Positions 7,474 to 16,198 of a stretch of DNA of 32,000 bases are shown one piece after another. A program made the position numbers and the translations under genes. Source of the DNA: Methylophaga frappieri (GTDB lineage Bacteria > Pseudomonadota > Gammaproteobacteria > Nitrosococcales > Methylophagaceae); the NCBI RefSeq assembly GCF_000260965.1, contig NC_017856.1, positions 180,001 to 212,000 of the forward strand, in the 5' to 3' direction. How positions within the stretch are numbered: position 1 is the first letter of the stretch; every line of letters begins with the position of its first letter. The notes below the pieces were generated by a model, which worked only from the letters and a program-made list of their open reading frames with translations, had not been told where the DNA came from and made no database searches.

Positions 7474-9942
7474 TTAAAAGTTTATTTTAACGTTTATCCC
7501 CACTAACCGGCTTGGTCCCACCTGTCCAAACACGGGGCTACCCTGCAATTCAGTCATAGTGTAATAATGTTTATCAAATAGATTTTCAGCAAACAAATTC
7601 ACTTGCCAATTATCCCGACGAATACCCGCTTGTAGATTCACAAGGAAGCGGGATGACATTTTATCAAGAGGCGGATTCGTGCTAAATCGAGAATTGTAAG
7701 CAGACAGATATTTGGCATCCGAACTTACGTAAAACCCGTTATTAAACTCATACAATCCACCAAAAGCGACGCTCCATTCTGATGCTTCAGGAAAACGCTC
7801 GCCAGAAAGGTCACCGTAAATTGAGTGATTAAAGTCCTGAAACTCAGTATGTAAATATCCCAGAGAAGCAAACACCGATAATGCCTCATTGACTTGAAAG
7901 CTGGGTTCCAACTCAAAACCAATCACGTAAGATGACGCCGCATTACTCACAATCGTGCCGGTTGGTGTGCTGGGATCAGGATAGGTTTCAACCTGTTGAT
8001 CTTTGTACTCGGTATAAAACACATTCGCATTCAAGCGCAAACGCTGATCCAGAAACAATCCCTTGTAATAAAATTCATAATTATTGGCATATTCAGGATC
8101 ATAAGTTTCGGCCTTGCCCGTTGAAGTCTCTACATAGAAACCACCTGTACGAAAGCCGCGTGAAAAAGTAAAACCGGCAATATGATCCTCACCAAACTCT
8201 CGTGATATTCCAACTTTGGGTACAAAGTTGACTTCGCTGATATCAGCGCTGTTCACCGAAGATGAGGCGCCGGCACCAATAAATGCCAAAATGTCCGTTT
8301 CATCCGTTTTTTCTTTCAGATAATCCAGTCTGCCACCAAAAGTCACTTTCCAAGCTGGCATAAACTGATAGGTCGCTTCACCAAAAATCGCTAAATTCGT
8401 TGTTTTTCTATCGTAAAATTGTTCCTGCTCAATCCCCCACTCGGTTAATCGCGCAAAAAAGGCGGAGTCTTGATCTTCATAACTGCCAAAGATACCGGCC
8501 ACCCAGCGCCACTCGTCTTGTTCATAATTCAAGCGAATTTCTTGAGATAGCAAAGTATCGTCATACGTACCGTAAAACGCATTGACCAGATTGCGTGTTC
8601 CATTATCAATGGACTCACGATCCGTGGTGCCATGACTCAAGCCCGTTTGTGACGTTAGAGTCAGTGAAGGTGATAAGGCGTGCGTGACCTCCAAACCCGT
8701 GTTATGAACGTCAATCTCACGATATTCAGCAAAAGTGGAAAACTGATAAAAATCGCCTCGATCATTAATGTCGGGGCCAACCAAACGTTCGTTGGGTCGA
8801 TCCTTGGAATACCCATAGGTCAGCATTATCCGAGTATCGGGCAAGGTATCGGGCTCAATCAGCAATTTGGCACGAAAAGCCCCACTAAGCTCAGTACGAA
8901 AGTCATCATAATTGGCAAAATCACCATAACTGGGATAACGCACTTCGGTTTCATTTTCTTCATATATCCCCGATACCCGAAAGGCAATGCCATGCTTTTC
9001 ACTTAACGGGGTATTAACAACAAACCCACCACCTTTAAGGTCTTTATTACCGGTGGTTGCTGACAGCGATACGGACTTATCAAATGTTGGATCTTTCGTT
9101 TTTAAATAAATGGCACCAGCAGTGGCTGCACGACCACTCAGGGTCGTTTGTGGTCCTCGATATAACTCAACTTGTTCAACATCCCAAAGATTACGCGCAC
9201 CAAAACGTGAGTTATAACGACTCTGCAAGATCCCATCGACATAAATTGAGCCCATTGGTGCGCCGGCGGGAGAAAACCCTTCAAAATTCATGCCCCGAAC
9301 AACCAACCCGGTATTATTTGTGGCTCCTTTTTCAACGTTTGCCAATCGCCGCATTGCCTGTGGCAGATAGCTTATCTGGCCGTAATCAATGGCTTTTTCA
9401 TCGATGATACCCACCGAGGCAGATGAATCGGCTAACGAAGTTGTTTCTTTTGCCCCATATAGTCTCCCCATCACCGCTAATGTTGGTAATGCAATCTGTT
9501 CCGGCGCACGTCTCAAGACATATCGTCCTTGATTATTTCTCTCAGCTTGCAATCCGGTCCCGCTGAGAATCTCAATTAACGCTGTTTGAATAGTATGGTT
9601 ACCGCTCACACCAGCACTGGTTTTATCTGCGGCAAGTGAGGAAGCGCCGACAAAATAGATTTCTGCCACTCCCGAGAACTCGGTTAAAACCTGAACCAAA
9701 GGTCCGGGAGTGATATTAAAATGTTGTTGGGTTGTTGAAGTGGCTGGTGCTAAATTTGATACATCTGACTCGGCCATTGCCGGCAAAGGCCCTATTCCTG
9801 TTGCAAGCAAGCTGGTAGCCAGCGATAACCGAAGCGCGAGTACGATAGAGCGAACTGGAAAATGTTTTGTTGAGGTCACGCTCTGCTTGCTTGGCGACAA
9901 AACCGTCGGATATAAATCAAAGGGCTGCGTCCTATTTGGCAT
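7474..9942 (-). CDS. TonB-dependent siderophore receptor/transducer with N-terminal STN signalling domain (FecA/FpvA type)
   Basis: 822 aa. Long signal peptide. STN-like segment (FNITPGPLVQVLTEFSGVAEIYF...HTIQTALIEILSGTGLQAE...RYVL). Plug (VEQVELYRGPQTTLSGRAATAGAIYLKT). Barrel ending in ...GINVKINF. Confidence 0.92.
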   Translation of the reverse strand: MPNRTQPFDLYPTVLSPSKQSVTSTKHFPVRSIVLALRLSLATSLLATGIGPLPAMAESDVSNLAPATSTTQQHFNITPGPLVQVLTEFSGVAEIYFVGASSLAADKTSAGVSGNHTIQTALIEILSGTGLQAERNNQGRYVLRRAPEQIALPTLAVMGRLYGAKETTSLADSSASVGIIDEKAIDYGQISYLPQAMRRLANVEKGATNNTGLVVRGMNFEGFSPAGAPMGSIYVDGILQSRYNSRFGARNLWDVEQVELYRGPQTTLSGRAATAGAIYLKTKDPTFDKSVSLSATTGNKDLKGGGFVVNTPLSEKHGIAFRVSGIYEENETEVRYPSYGDFANYDDFRTELSGAFRAKLLIEPDTLPDTRIMLTYGYSKDRPNERLVGPDINDRGDFYQFSTFAEYREIDVHNTGLEVTHALSPSLTLTSQTGLSHGTTDRESIDNGTRNLVNAFYGTYDDTLLSQEIRLNYEQDEWRWVAGIFGSYEDQDSAFFARLTEWGIEQEQFYDRKTTNLAIFGEATYQFMPAWKVTFGGRLDYLKEKTDETDILAFIGAGASSSVNSADISEVNFVPKVGISREFGEDHIAGFTFSRGFRTGGFYVETSTGKAETYDPEYANNYEFYYKGLFLDQRLRLNANVFYTEYKDQQVETYPDPSTPTGTIVSNAASSYVIGFELEPSFQVNEALSVFASLGYLHTEFQDFNHSIYGDLSGERFPEASEWSVAFGGLYEFNNGFYVSSDAKYLSAYNSRFSTNPPLDKMSSRFLVNLQAGIRRDNWQVNLFAENLFDKHYYTMTELQGSPVFGQVGPSRLVGINVKINF

Positions 9943-10074
9943 CCTATTTTTCCTTCACAATTGATTGGCAAATTACGCGCATTTAACCAGCGATGATGCT
10001 GATGTCATCTGTGCGTCTGCTTTAGTAATCAATTGAGCAGCAAAAAAGCGGAACCCCTTTGCATAAAACAGCGT

Positions 10075-11073
10075 TTATTTAGGTTCAATCGTTACCCACC
10101 ATGGCAAGGTGCGTTGTATTTTTATTGGTAATACCTCTGCCAACATATCCAGCGTCTCATCTGTCTGGGTGATGGGAAATTGACCAAATACCTCAAGGCT
10201 TTCTAAATCAGGGTGCAAGCCCACATGACCGTGTCGATATCGACGTAATTCTCCGACCAACGCAGCCAAACTCAGGTTTTGTGCTACGAGTACGCGGCGA
10301 TGCCATGACGTTCGTGCTTTGCTTGCGTTTTCAAGCGCACCGTAGCTGTGCGAATCAAAGCGGATTTGTTGGCCCGCCTCAATGATAATCGGTTGTGTTG
10401 TAGTGGGCTGAATGCTGACACGTCCCTGATAAACGGCAATCAGGCTTGTCTCAGCCGTCGTATAAACTGTGAACCGTGTGCCAAGCGCCACAAGATTGCC
10501 ATGCGGTGTCACAACAGAAAATTGTCGATTTGCATCAGCGGCGGTATCAATTAGCACCTCGCCATGATGTAATTTTAGTCGACGCCGCTGCCTGTCAAAA
10601 TGCTCGCTAACAGCCGTTTGCGTATTCAGCCAAAGCTGACTGCCATCTGAGAGCACCACATCACGGATTTCTCCAACCTCAGTTTGATACTCCGCATGCC
10701 AGGCCTCAGCCATGATTGCTATTGGCGTATAGCGCCACGTTGACCAAGTCACCACACCGACACCAAAAAGGCTGAACAAACCGCCCAAAATATCGCGACG
10801 TTTTAGGATACGTTTGTTTGCTTCCCATACCCCCTCAGCTGCCTGCCTCGGATCGGGTGTCGAACGCAGTGGTTTAAACCGACGGCTAACTGACTCAACA
10901 TATAACCAAGCCCGTTCGTTTTCCGAGTTTTTTTCTAACCAAAGCCGCCACTGTTGGCGATCTATCTCAGTAACGCCATCAGAGCCTAATAAAGCATACC
11001 AATTGGCCGCTTGCTCCATCGCTTGATGTGATAACCCAGCCAAAAGTTCAGAATATGTTGGGCTATGATTCAT
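10075..11073 (-). CDS. fecR: FecR-family anti-sigma factor / transmembrane sensor
   Basis: N-terminal sigma-binding region (AANWYALL...W..WL), a single TM helix, a periplasmic FecR domain and a C-terminal domain. Start set at ATG 11073 (MNHSPTYSE...), which overlaps the fecI stop by 11 nt. The longest ORF would start at 11121. Confidence 0.85.
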   Translation of the reverse strand: MNHSPTYSELLAGLSHQAMEQAANWYALLGSDGVTEIDRQQWRLWLEKNSENERAWLYVESVSRRFKPLRSTPDPRQAAEGVWEANKRILKRRDILGGLFSLFGVGVVTWSTWRYTPIAIMAEAWHAEYQTEVGEIRDVVLSDGSQLWLNTQTAVSEHFDRQRRRLKLHHGEVLIDTAADANRQFSVVTPHGNLVALGTRFTVYTTAETSLIAVYQGRVSIQPTTTQPIIIEAGQQIRFDSHSYGALENASKARTSWHRRVLVAQNLSLAALVGELRRYRHGHVGLHPDLESLEVFGQFPITQTDETLDMLAEVLPIKIQRTLPWWVTIEPK

Positions 11074-11623
11074 GCGGAAATTCCGAAACTGACAAATGAC
11101 TTGCAGTATGTCGGGCTTCAAGCAGCATACATTGAAGCATGGCTTGAGCCAGATATTTGCGAACCATACGCGTTGAAACGCCTAATTCATGTGCAACTTC
11201 TTTTTGCGTCATCTGACAAGCCTCAGCGAGCAGAAACGCTTTAGCCGCATTGGTGGGTAGCTCGAGCAACATCATGCCGACTTCATGCAACGCTTCCAGG
11301 ATGATTGCCTGATGCTCTGCTGATGGTGAAAATTCAGCCGGCTGATGCGTGAGGGTTTCAAGCCATGCTTGTTCTATTTCACGACGATGCCAGAGGTTAA
11401 TACACAAACCATTTGCCACAGTTCGCAAATAAGACCGTGCTTCTGCAACAGTTTTAAGACCTCGTGGTGCGGGCTTCACGATTAATCTGACAAAGACATC
11501 ATGAGCAATATCAGCCGCATCTGGGGCGTGTTGAAGTCTGCCGTGTAGCCACGACTTTAACCACCCATGGTGGGCATCATATAAATCTGCGATACCTGCT
11601 GCGGTGTCAACTGAAGTTGTCAT
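11063..11623 (-). CDS. fecI: ECF sigma factor, FecI/iron-starvation group
   Basis: 186 aa with sigma-70 region 2 (DAADIAHDVFVRL...YLRTVANGLCINLWHRR) and a region 4 HTH (MTQKEVAHELGVSTRMVRKYLAQA). Confidence 0.9.
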   Translation of the reverse strand: MTTSVDTAAGIADLYDAHHGWLKSWLHGRLQHAPDAADIAHDVFVRLIVKPAPRGLKTVAEARSYLRTVANGLCINLWHRREIEQAWLETLTHQPAEFSPSAEHQAIILEALHEVGMMLLELPTNAAKAFLLAEACQMTQKEVAHELGVSTRMVRKYLAQAMLQCMLLEARHTASHLSVSEFPHES

Positions 11624-11643
11624 AATGACATAATGATGTAGTT

Positions 11644-11693
11644 GATAATGAAAGTCATTATCAATTATATTGAGACGACGAATACAAAATCAA
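11644..11693 (-). promoter_or_regulatory. Fur box plus sigma-70-type promoter of fecI
   Basis: GATAATGAAAGTCATTATC (11644-11662) matches 17/19 of the Fur consensus. On the minus strand a perfect TATAAT (complement of 11664-11669) sits immediately upstream of it. A TTGATT -35 (complement of 11688-11693) lies at 18-nt spacing. Confidence 0.75.
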
Positions 11694-11957
11694 ATTCAGT
11701 GAAGATTGATGTCAACGGCGTTTACGAAGTATCTAACCATTAAACAGCCGTACGCACTGAGCCAAGCTTTATCTTCGACGATCATATTGGCTAAGCGTCT
11801 ATCTTCTGGGTGATATACCTTGGCGGTCGAATTCTGATAGCGCAATACGTTACATAATTCAGTTAAAACGTCTTCTCAATCACCCTCATTTTACAAGCGG
11901 TGCAAATCAGCTTCATTTCCCTGATTTGTATCTCAGCTTGATGCTGATACTATCGAC

Positions 11958-13604
11958 TTGTCTACTAAATTTAACGGATTTGTTGTGTCATTTATTGTTT
12001 CTCATGATTTTATCAAAGCCACTGAACACAGCGATCTGGCGCCATATCGGGACAAAGTAGCGCGCGAAGAAGCTGATAGTCGGGGCATTGTGAAATCAAC
12101 GGAAATTGAGGTTGAGCCGCGTCAACTCTCTTTGATTGCCTTGCAGGATATGGCGCGGGTAGCGGATAAATTAGCTGATAGACAGTCAAAACGGGCCATT
12201 GAGGCAATTTTACTGGCACGGGATGGTGAATTTGATAATCCGATTCCTAATTTCAAAGCGTTTTCCTCCACGCTGCAGTCTTATCTGAAACATAACCTCA
12301 TCGACGGCTGGGTTTATATCCAAAAAGCAGACCAAAAATACTATCCAGCTTTGGTGACTGATTTCAGTTATAAACCTGCCGCGGCCCACGCAGAGGAATC
12401 TTTGTTGATTCATGTCTGCCATTTATCGCCCAGCATGACCAAAGGCTATTACGGCTTTGAGCATGACTACATTGTTTTTTACCCCAGTGAGGTAAATAAA
12501 AAACGGATTGCTGAAGCGCTTGAAGTGAAGCACGTCTATAAAGAAACTGACGCGCTTAAAGCGGATTATGAAGCCAGTATGGCACGGTATTACCAAGCTA
12601 TTCAGGGGCAGTTTTCCGAACAATTTATTGCAGAAGGGTTTTTATTTACGGACCGGGCACAAGCCAACTCCGATGGCGCTGCCGTGAAAGCCAGAGTGAT
12701 TCACGACATGGCAGCCAATGAGGTCAAAACTTACTCGCAGCTGCGTGAGTCCTGTTTGGTTGACGACGAGGAGAATTTACTCCCCCTGCCGGAGTGGTGT
12801 TTGCTACGGGTTTTTAACCTGAAAACCCACGCGTTTTTTTGGATTCATTCCGATTACTTAACGGCATATGAATATGATCAGTCTCTAAAAGATAAGTTGA
12901 TTCTTCCAAAAACCCATCACGATCTGCTGGATGTCCTAACCACCAATGTCGATATATTCAGCGGCGATATTATTGAAGGCAAAACAGCAGGTAATGTGAT
13001 TCTTTGTAAAGGCATTCCCGGGGTGGGTAAAACACTGACTGCCGAGATTTATTCTGAATTAATCGAACGGCCACTGTACTTATTGCATTCCGGTTCACTC
13101 GGCACCAATGCCAAGGACATTGAGGAAAACCTGAGAACCATTTTTGCCCGCAGTGAGCGCTGGAATTGTGTGCTGTTACTGGATGAAGCGGATGTATTTA
13201 TTGTTAAACGGCACGATAACATCGAGCAAAACGCCATCGTTGCTGAGTTTTTACGAACCATGGAGTATTTTAGTGGTTTGCTGTTTATGACAACTAACCG
13301 CCCTTCGGATATTGATGAAGCCATTATCTCCCGCTGTGCTGCCATTATCGAATACACGATTCCGACCCCAGAAAATGCAGCCAGAATATGGCAAGTTTTT
13401 GCCCGGCAATACCAATTCGATTTGACGGATAAATTGTTGGGGCAACTACTCGCAACATTCGAACAAATCAGTCCACGTGATATGAAAATGCTGCTGCGAC
13501 TGGTGTTGCGCGTCGCTAATAATCTGCAGGTTGCACCCGATATTGACACTTTTCGAAAATGCGCGATGTTCCGGGCAATAAAAATCACGGAAACGGATTT
13601 TTAA
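11958..13604 (+). CDS. classic-clade AAA ATPase with an uncharacterised ~340-aa N-terminal region
   Basis: Walker A GIPGVGKT (13011-13034), Walker B VLLLDEAD (13170-13193), second region of homology MTTNRPSDIDEAIISR. The start is uncertain: TTG at 11958 has no SD, GTG at 11985 is an alternative, and the first in-frame ATG is at 12150. Confidence 0.85.
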   Translation: MSTKFNGFVVSFIVSHDFIKATEHSDLAPYRDKVAREEADSRGIVKSTEIEVEPRQLSLIALQDMARVADKLADRQSKRAIEAILLARDGEFDNPIPNFKAFSSTLQSYLKHNLIDGWVYIQKADQKYYPALVTDFSYKPAAAHAEESLLIHVCHLSPSMTKGYYGFEHDYIVFYPSEVNKKRIAEALEVKHVYKETDALKADYEASMARYYQAIQGQFSEQFIAEGFLFTDRAQANSDGAAVKARVIHDMAANEVKTYSQLRESCLVDDEENLLPLPEWCLLRVFNLKTHAFFWIHSDYLTAYEYDQSLKDKLILPKTHHDLLDVLTTNVDIFSGDIIEGKTAGNVILCKGIPGVGKTLTAEIYSELIERPLYLLHSGSLGTNAKDIEENLRTIFARSERWNCVLLLDEADVFIVKRHDNIEQNAIVAEFLRTMEYFSGLLFMTTNRPSDIDEAIISRCAAIIEYTIPTPENAARIWQVFARQYQFDLTDKLLGQLLATFEQISPRDMKMLLRLVLRVANNLQVAPDIDTFRKCAMFRAIKITETDF

Positions 13605-13711
13605 CGATACAATCAGGACTGTATTTAACGGCGCGCTCTCCCTGGTAAATAGAAGATAAATTTTGTGGTTAATCAGACCATGAACGAACCATACTCGTGT
13701 CTGTCATTTTT

Positions 13712-13740
13712 TTGATTAAACAGTATGATGGGCGTATTTT
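13712..13740 (+). promoter_or_regulatory. possible sigma-70 promoter for the 13808 gene
   Basis: TTGATT, 17 nt, TATTTT. By-eye match only. Confidence 0.25.
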
Positions 13741-13807
13741 TGAAGCTGAACATGCGTTTTTTGCGTCTGTGTGAATACAGAATTAATGTTAATTAGGGAA
13801 AATACCA

Positions 13808-14617
13808 ATGCAAACACGACTCTCCACATTTAGCCTGACTGCTGCAAGCTTACTATTGCTAACTCACACCGCCATCGCTGACACCCGCGCCGTATATGAA
13901 GGCCCTGATGGCAAGTTTATCATTGAGTATCAAGATGATAATCACATGCGTTTTGCGACGGGCGATGACACCTTCATGCTGATTTCAGGCGGTGAGCCAT
14001 ACATGATTTCTCGTGACAATGGTAACTGGACGGCGATGTCAGCCAAGGGCATGGCAGGTATGCTTGGCAAACAAGCTGAAAAGAAAACCCGTCTGACGCC
14101 GATGGGCCAATCAGAAACGATCGCCGGATACAGCGGTGAACGCTACCGCGTCGAAGTCGGTGATGACTGGAGCGGTGAGTGGAAAAAACAGTCTGAAGTG
14201 GTATTAAGCAAATCTGCTGATACCTTGCCCACGATGCAGGCAATGCGTCGTCTGGTTGAAGTATTTGGTGGCAAAAACATGACTAATTTTGATCAGGTTG
14301 AAGGCATTGATGTCAGCAAATATGGCATGTTGGTTAGCGATGAAATGCGACTTGTCTCCTTAAGTACAGATGACTTATCAGACGGCATCTTCCAGCTACC
14401 TCCTGGCGTTCAAGTTACACAAATGCCTGATATTTTTGGCCAAATGAATAAAAGCACTGATGCTGCTTCAGGCACTGCTGAATCAGGTCAAGGTTCAGGC
14501 TTTTTAAGTGATTTATTAAGCGAAACGCAACAAGAAGCAGCTGATCAGACAAAACAGGGCACAAAAGAAGGCGTAGGCGATGTGATTCGCGAAGGCATTC
14601 GCGGTCTGTTTAATTAA
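13808..14617 (+). CDS. secreted protein of unknown function (possibly DUF4412/LolA-like fold) with a disordered C-terminal tail
   Basis: Signal peptide MQTRLSTFSLTAASLLLLTHTAIA/D. AGGGAAA SD. The motif ETIAGYSGERYRVEV is reminiscent of DUF4412-type periplasmic proteins. The last ~60 aa are Gly/Ser/Gln/Glu-rich. Confidence 0.65.
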   Translation: MQTRLSTFSLTAASLLLLTHTAIADTRAVYEGPDGKFIIEYQDDNHMRFATGDDTFMLISGGEPYMISRDNGNWTAMSAKGMAGMLGKQAEKKTRLTPMGQSETIAGYSGERYRVEVGDDWSGEWKKQSEVVLSKSADTLPTMQAMRRLVEVFGGKNMTNFDQVEGIDVSKYGMLVSDEMRLVSLSTDDLSDGIFQLPPGVQVTQMPDIFGQMNKSTDAASGTAESGQGSGFLSDLLSETQQEAADQTKQGTKEGVGDVIREGIRGLFN

Positions 14618-14645
14618 TCTTCTCACCTAGCTATTTATCAAACAC

Positions 14646-14687
14646 ACCTTGTTATCTGCGTCTTCTAGCAGGTAACAAGGTTTTTTT
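14646..14687 (+). terminator. intrinsic terminator
   Basis: ACCTTGTTATCTGC-(10-nt loop)-GCAGGTAACAAGGT, a 14-bp stem with one G-U pair, followed by TTTTTTT. Confidence 0.8.
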
Positions 14688-14749
14688 GTCTCGTCTTTTT
14701 AACATTTCCCACGATAGTGCGTTTTCAGCCTAGCATTTCAGCATTTCGC

Positions 14750-14778
14750 TTGAACATCACTAGGTATTCTTTTACATT
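14750..14778 (+). promoter_or_regulatory. possible sigma-70 promoter for the MscS-family gene
   Basis: TTGAAC, 17 nt, TACATT, about 30 nt upstream of ATG 14807. By-eye match only. Confidence 0.3.
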
Positions 14779-14806
14779 CACCTGATTTGTTTACGAGTTG
14801 CTAACG

Positions 14807-16108
14807 ATGGATTTGAATAAAATCACGACTTTTCTCAGTAATGCTTTTGATAGCGCGCTGACGCTAGCAACCAGTCCGAGCTTTTATTCCCAGATTGGTT
14901 TTATTGTTCTCGGGTTCTTGGCAGCTCAATTAGTCGCCAGCTTTATTCGTCGCCACATTCCGCTATTAAAAGAGCCGCCCAAAAGCGGCGCATTGCTTAA
15001 TTTACGGACCTCTATTCACAATAGTCGTGATCTTCTCTTGCCACTGATGATGATCTTATTCTTATCAGTTACAGCCGATATTAGTCAGTCAGTCCTTGGC
15101 AAAGCGGGTTTGGTTACCATTGCAATGAGTTGGGCAGTCATTTTTATGCTGTACAAACTCATTGACCGCTTGGTACAAAAAATTCTATTCAAAAAGCTGG
15201 CATATTACGTTTTACTGCCTATCGCCATTTTGCATGTATTTGGCTGGTTACCCCCCGTTATTACATACCTGGAAGGGATTTCTATCACGCTGGGTAATAT
15301 TGAATTATCTGCCTATGGCGTGGTTCGTGTATTGATCTTTGGCTCTATTTTGTTCTGGCTGGGGAGATTATCAAATCATGCTGGCCAGCAGATTATTCGC
15401 AGTCAGGAAGACTTGGATATTGGCACCCGGGAAGTGTTTGCCAAACTGTTCCAAATCGTGTTGTTTTTCGTTCTATTCTTGCTTTTACTGCAAATTATGG
15501 GGATTAACCTGACCGCCTTGGCCGTATTTGGCGGTGCCTTGGGTGTTGGGCTTGGTTTCGGCCTGCAATCTATCGCTTCAAACTTTATCTCTGGCATTAT
15601 TCTGCTGCTGGAACGATCGCTCAGCGTCGGCGACTATGTCGAGATGGAAGATGGCCGAAAAGGGACGATTCGTGAGCTGAATATGCGCTCTACCACGTTA
15701 GAAACCTATGATGGCAAAGACATTATGGTACCTAACGAACAATTCATTACGACTAGCTTTACTAACTGGACCCATAAAAATTTCAAGCAACGCTATGCAC
15801 TAAATTTTCAAGTCGCTTACAAAACTGACTTACATTTTCTTTTTGACCTGATTCGAGAAGTGGCTGCACGTCATCCTCGCATCATCAGTGGCGACGAAGT
15901 CCCCATCGAAGAAAGACCTGATGCGGAAATTTCCGGTTTTGGCGATTCTGGTGTCGATATTCTGGTTGAATTTTGGATGGAAGGCATCGATGATGGGGAG
16001 AATCGTGTCGGTGCCGATCTCTTATTGATGCTATGGGATGCCTTCCATGAACATAATATTGAAATTCCGTTCCCACAACGTGAAGTGAAAATCCTTAATC
16101 AGAAATAA
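14807..16108 (+). CDS. MscS-family mechanosensitive ion channel with an extended N-terminal TM region
   Basis: Pore helix and beta-domain signature (GGALGVGLGFGLQSIASNFISGIILLLERSLSVGDYVEMEDGRKGTIRELNMRSTTLETYDGKDIMVPNEQF). ATG at 14807 preferred over the ORF-track TTG at 14798. Confidence 0.9.
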   Translation: MDLNKITTFLSNAFDSALTLATSPSFYSQIGFIVLGFLAAQLVASFIRRHIPLLKEPPKSGALLNLRTSIHNSRDLLLPLMMILFLSVTADISQSVLGKAGLVTIAMSWAVIFMLYKLIDRLVQKILFKKLAYYVLLPIAILHVFGWLPPVITYLEGISITLGNIELSAYGVVRVLIFGSILFWLGRLSNHAGQQIIRSQEDLDIGTREVFAKLFQIVLFFVLFLLLLQIMGINLTALAVFGGALGVGLGFGLQSIASNFISGIILLLERSLSVGDYVEMEDGRKGTIRELNMRSTTLETYDGKDIMVPNEQFITTSFTNWTHKNFKQRYALNFQVAYKTDLHFLFDLIREVAARHPRIISGDEVPIEERPDAEISGFGDSGVDILVEFWMEGIDDGENRVGADLLLMLWDAFHEHNIEIPFPQREVKILNQK

Positions 16109-16155
16109 CGGAATTGCCTTGAGTTTGATATAATTACTTCATCACTGTCAGTTAG

Positions 16156-16179
16156 CCTGTTATCAACTGCGATAACAGG
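16156..16179. promoter_or_regulatory. perfect 9-bp inverted repeat upstream of ohrR (candidate operator or 5'-UTR hairpin)
   Basis: CCTGTTATC-aactgc-GATAACAGG. It lies downstream of an extended -10 (TGATATAAT, 16126-16134) and 20 nt before the ohrR ATG. It is followed by TCCTT-ccgga-AAGGA, which can pair across the SD. Confidence 0.35.
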
Positions 16180-16198
16180 TCCTTCCGGAAAGGAAACC

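Noticed and set aside
9943-10074. ECF (FecI-type) promoter upstream of the STN-domain receptor
   Set aside because: One is expected biologically, but I could not find a convincing GGAA(T/C)-n16/17-CGTC-like pair on the minus strand by eye, so I made no call.
10075-11121. Longest-ORF start for fecR (11121), overlapping fecI by 59 nt
   Set aside because: The ATG at 11073 (MNHSPTYSE...) gives the usual short overlap with the sigma gene. The extra 16 residues look like read-through of the fecI 3' end.
11696-11875. 59-codon open frame on the minus strand upstream of fecI (...RYQNSTAKVYHPEDRRLANMIVEDKAWLSAYGCLMVRYFVNAVDINLH)
   Set aside because: It has no SD and no ATG start before codon 31, and it ends inside the predicted fecI -35 region. 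It could be a decayed gene remnant, but that cannot be supported without a database search (tblastn/blastx would decide).
13049-13588. 179-aa antisense ORF within the AAA ATPase gene
   Set aside because: It lies entirely opposite the conserved AAA domain coding frame. It is Ser/Arg/Cys-rich, as is typical of antisense translation.
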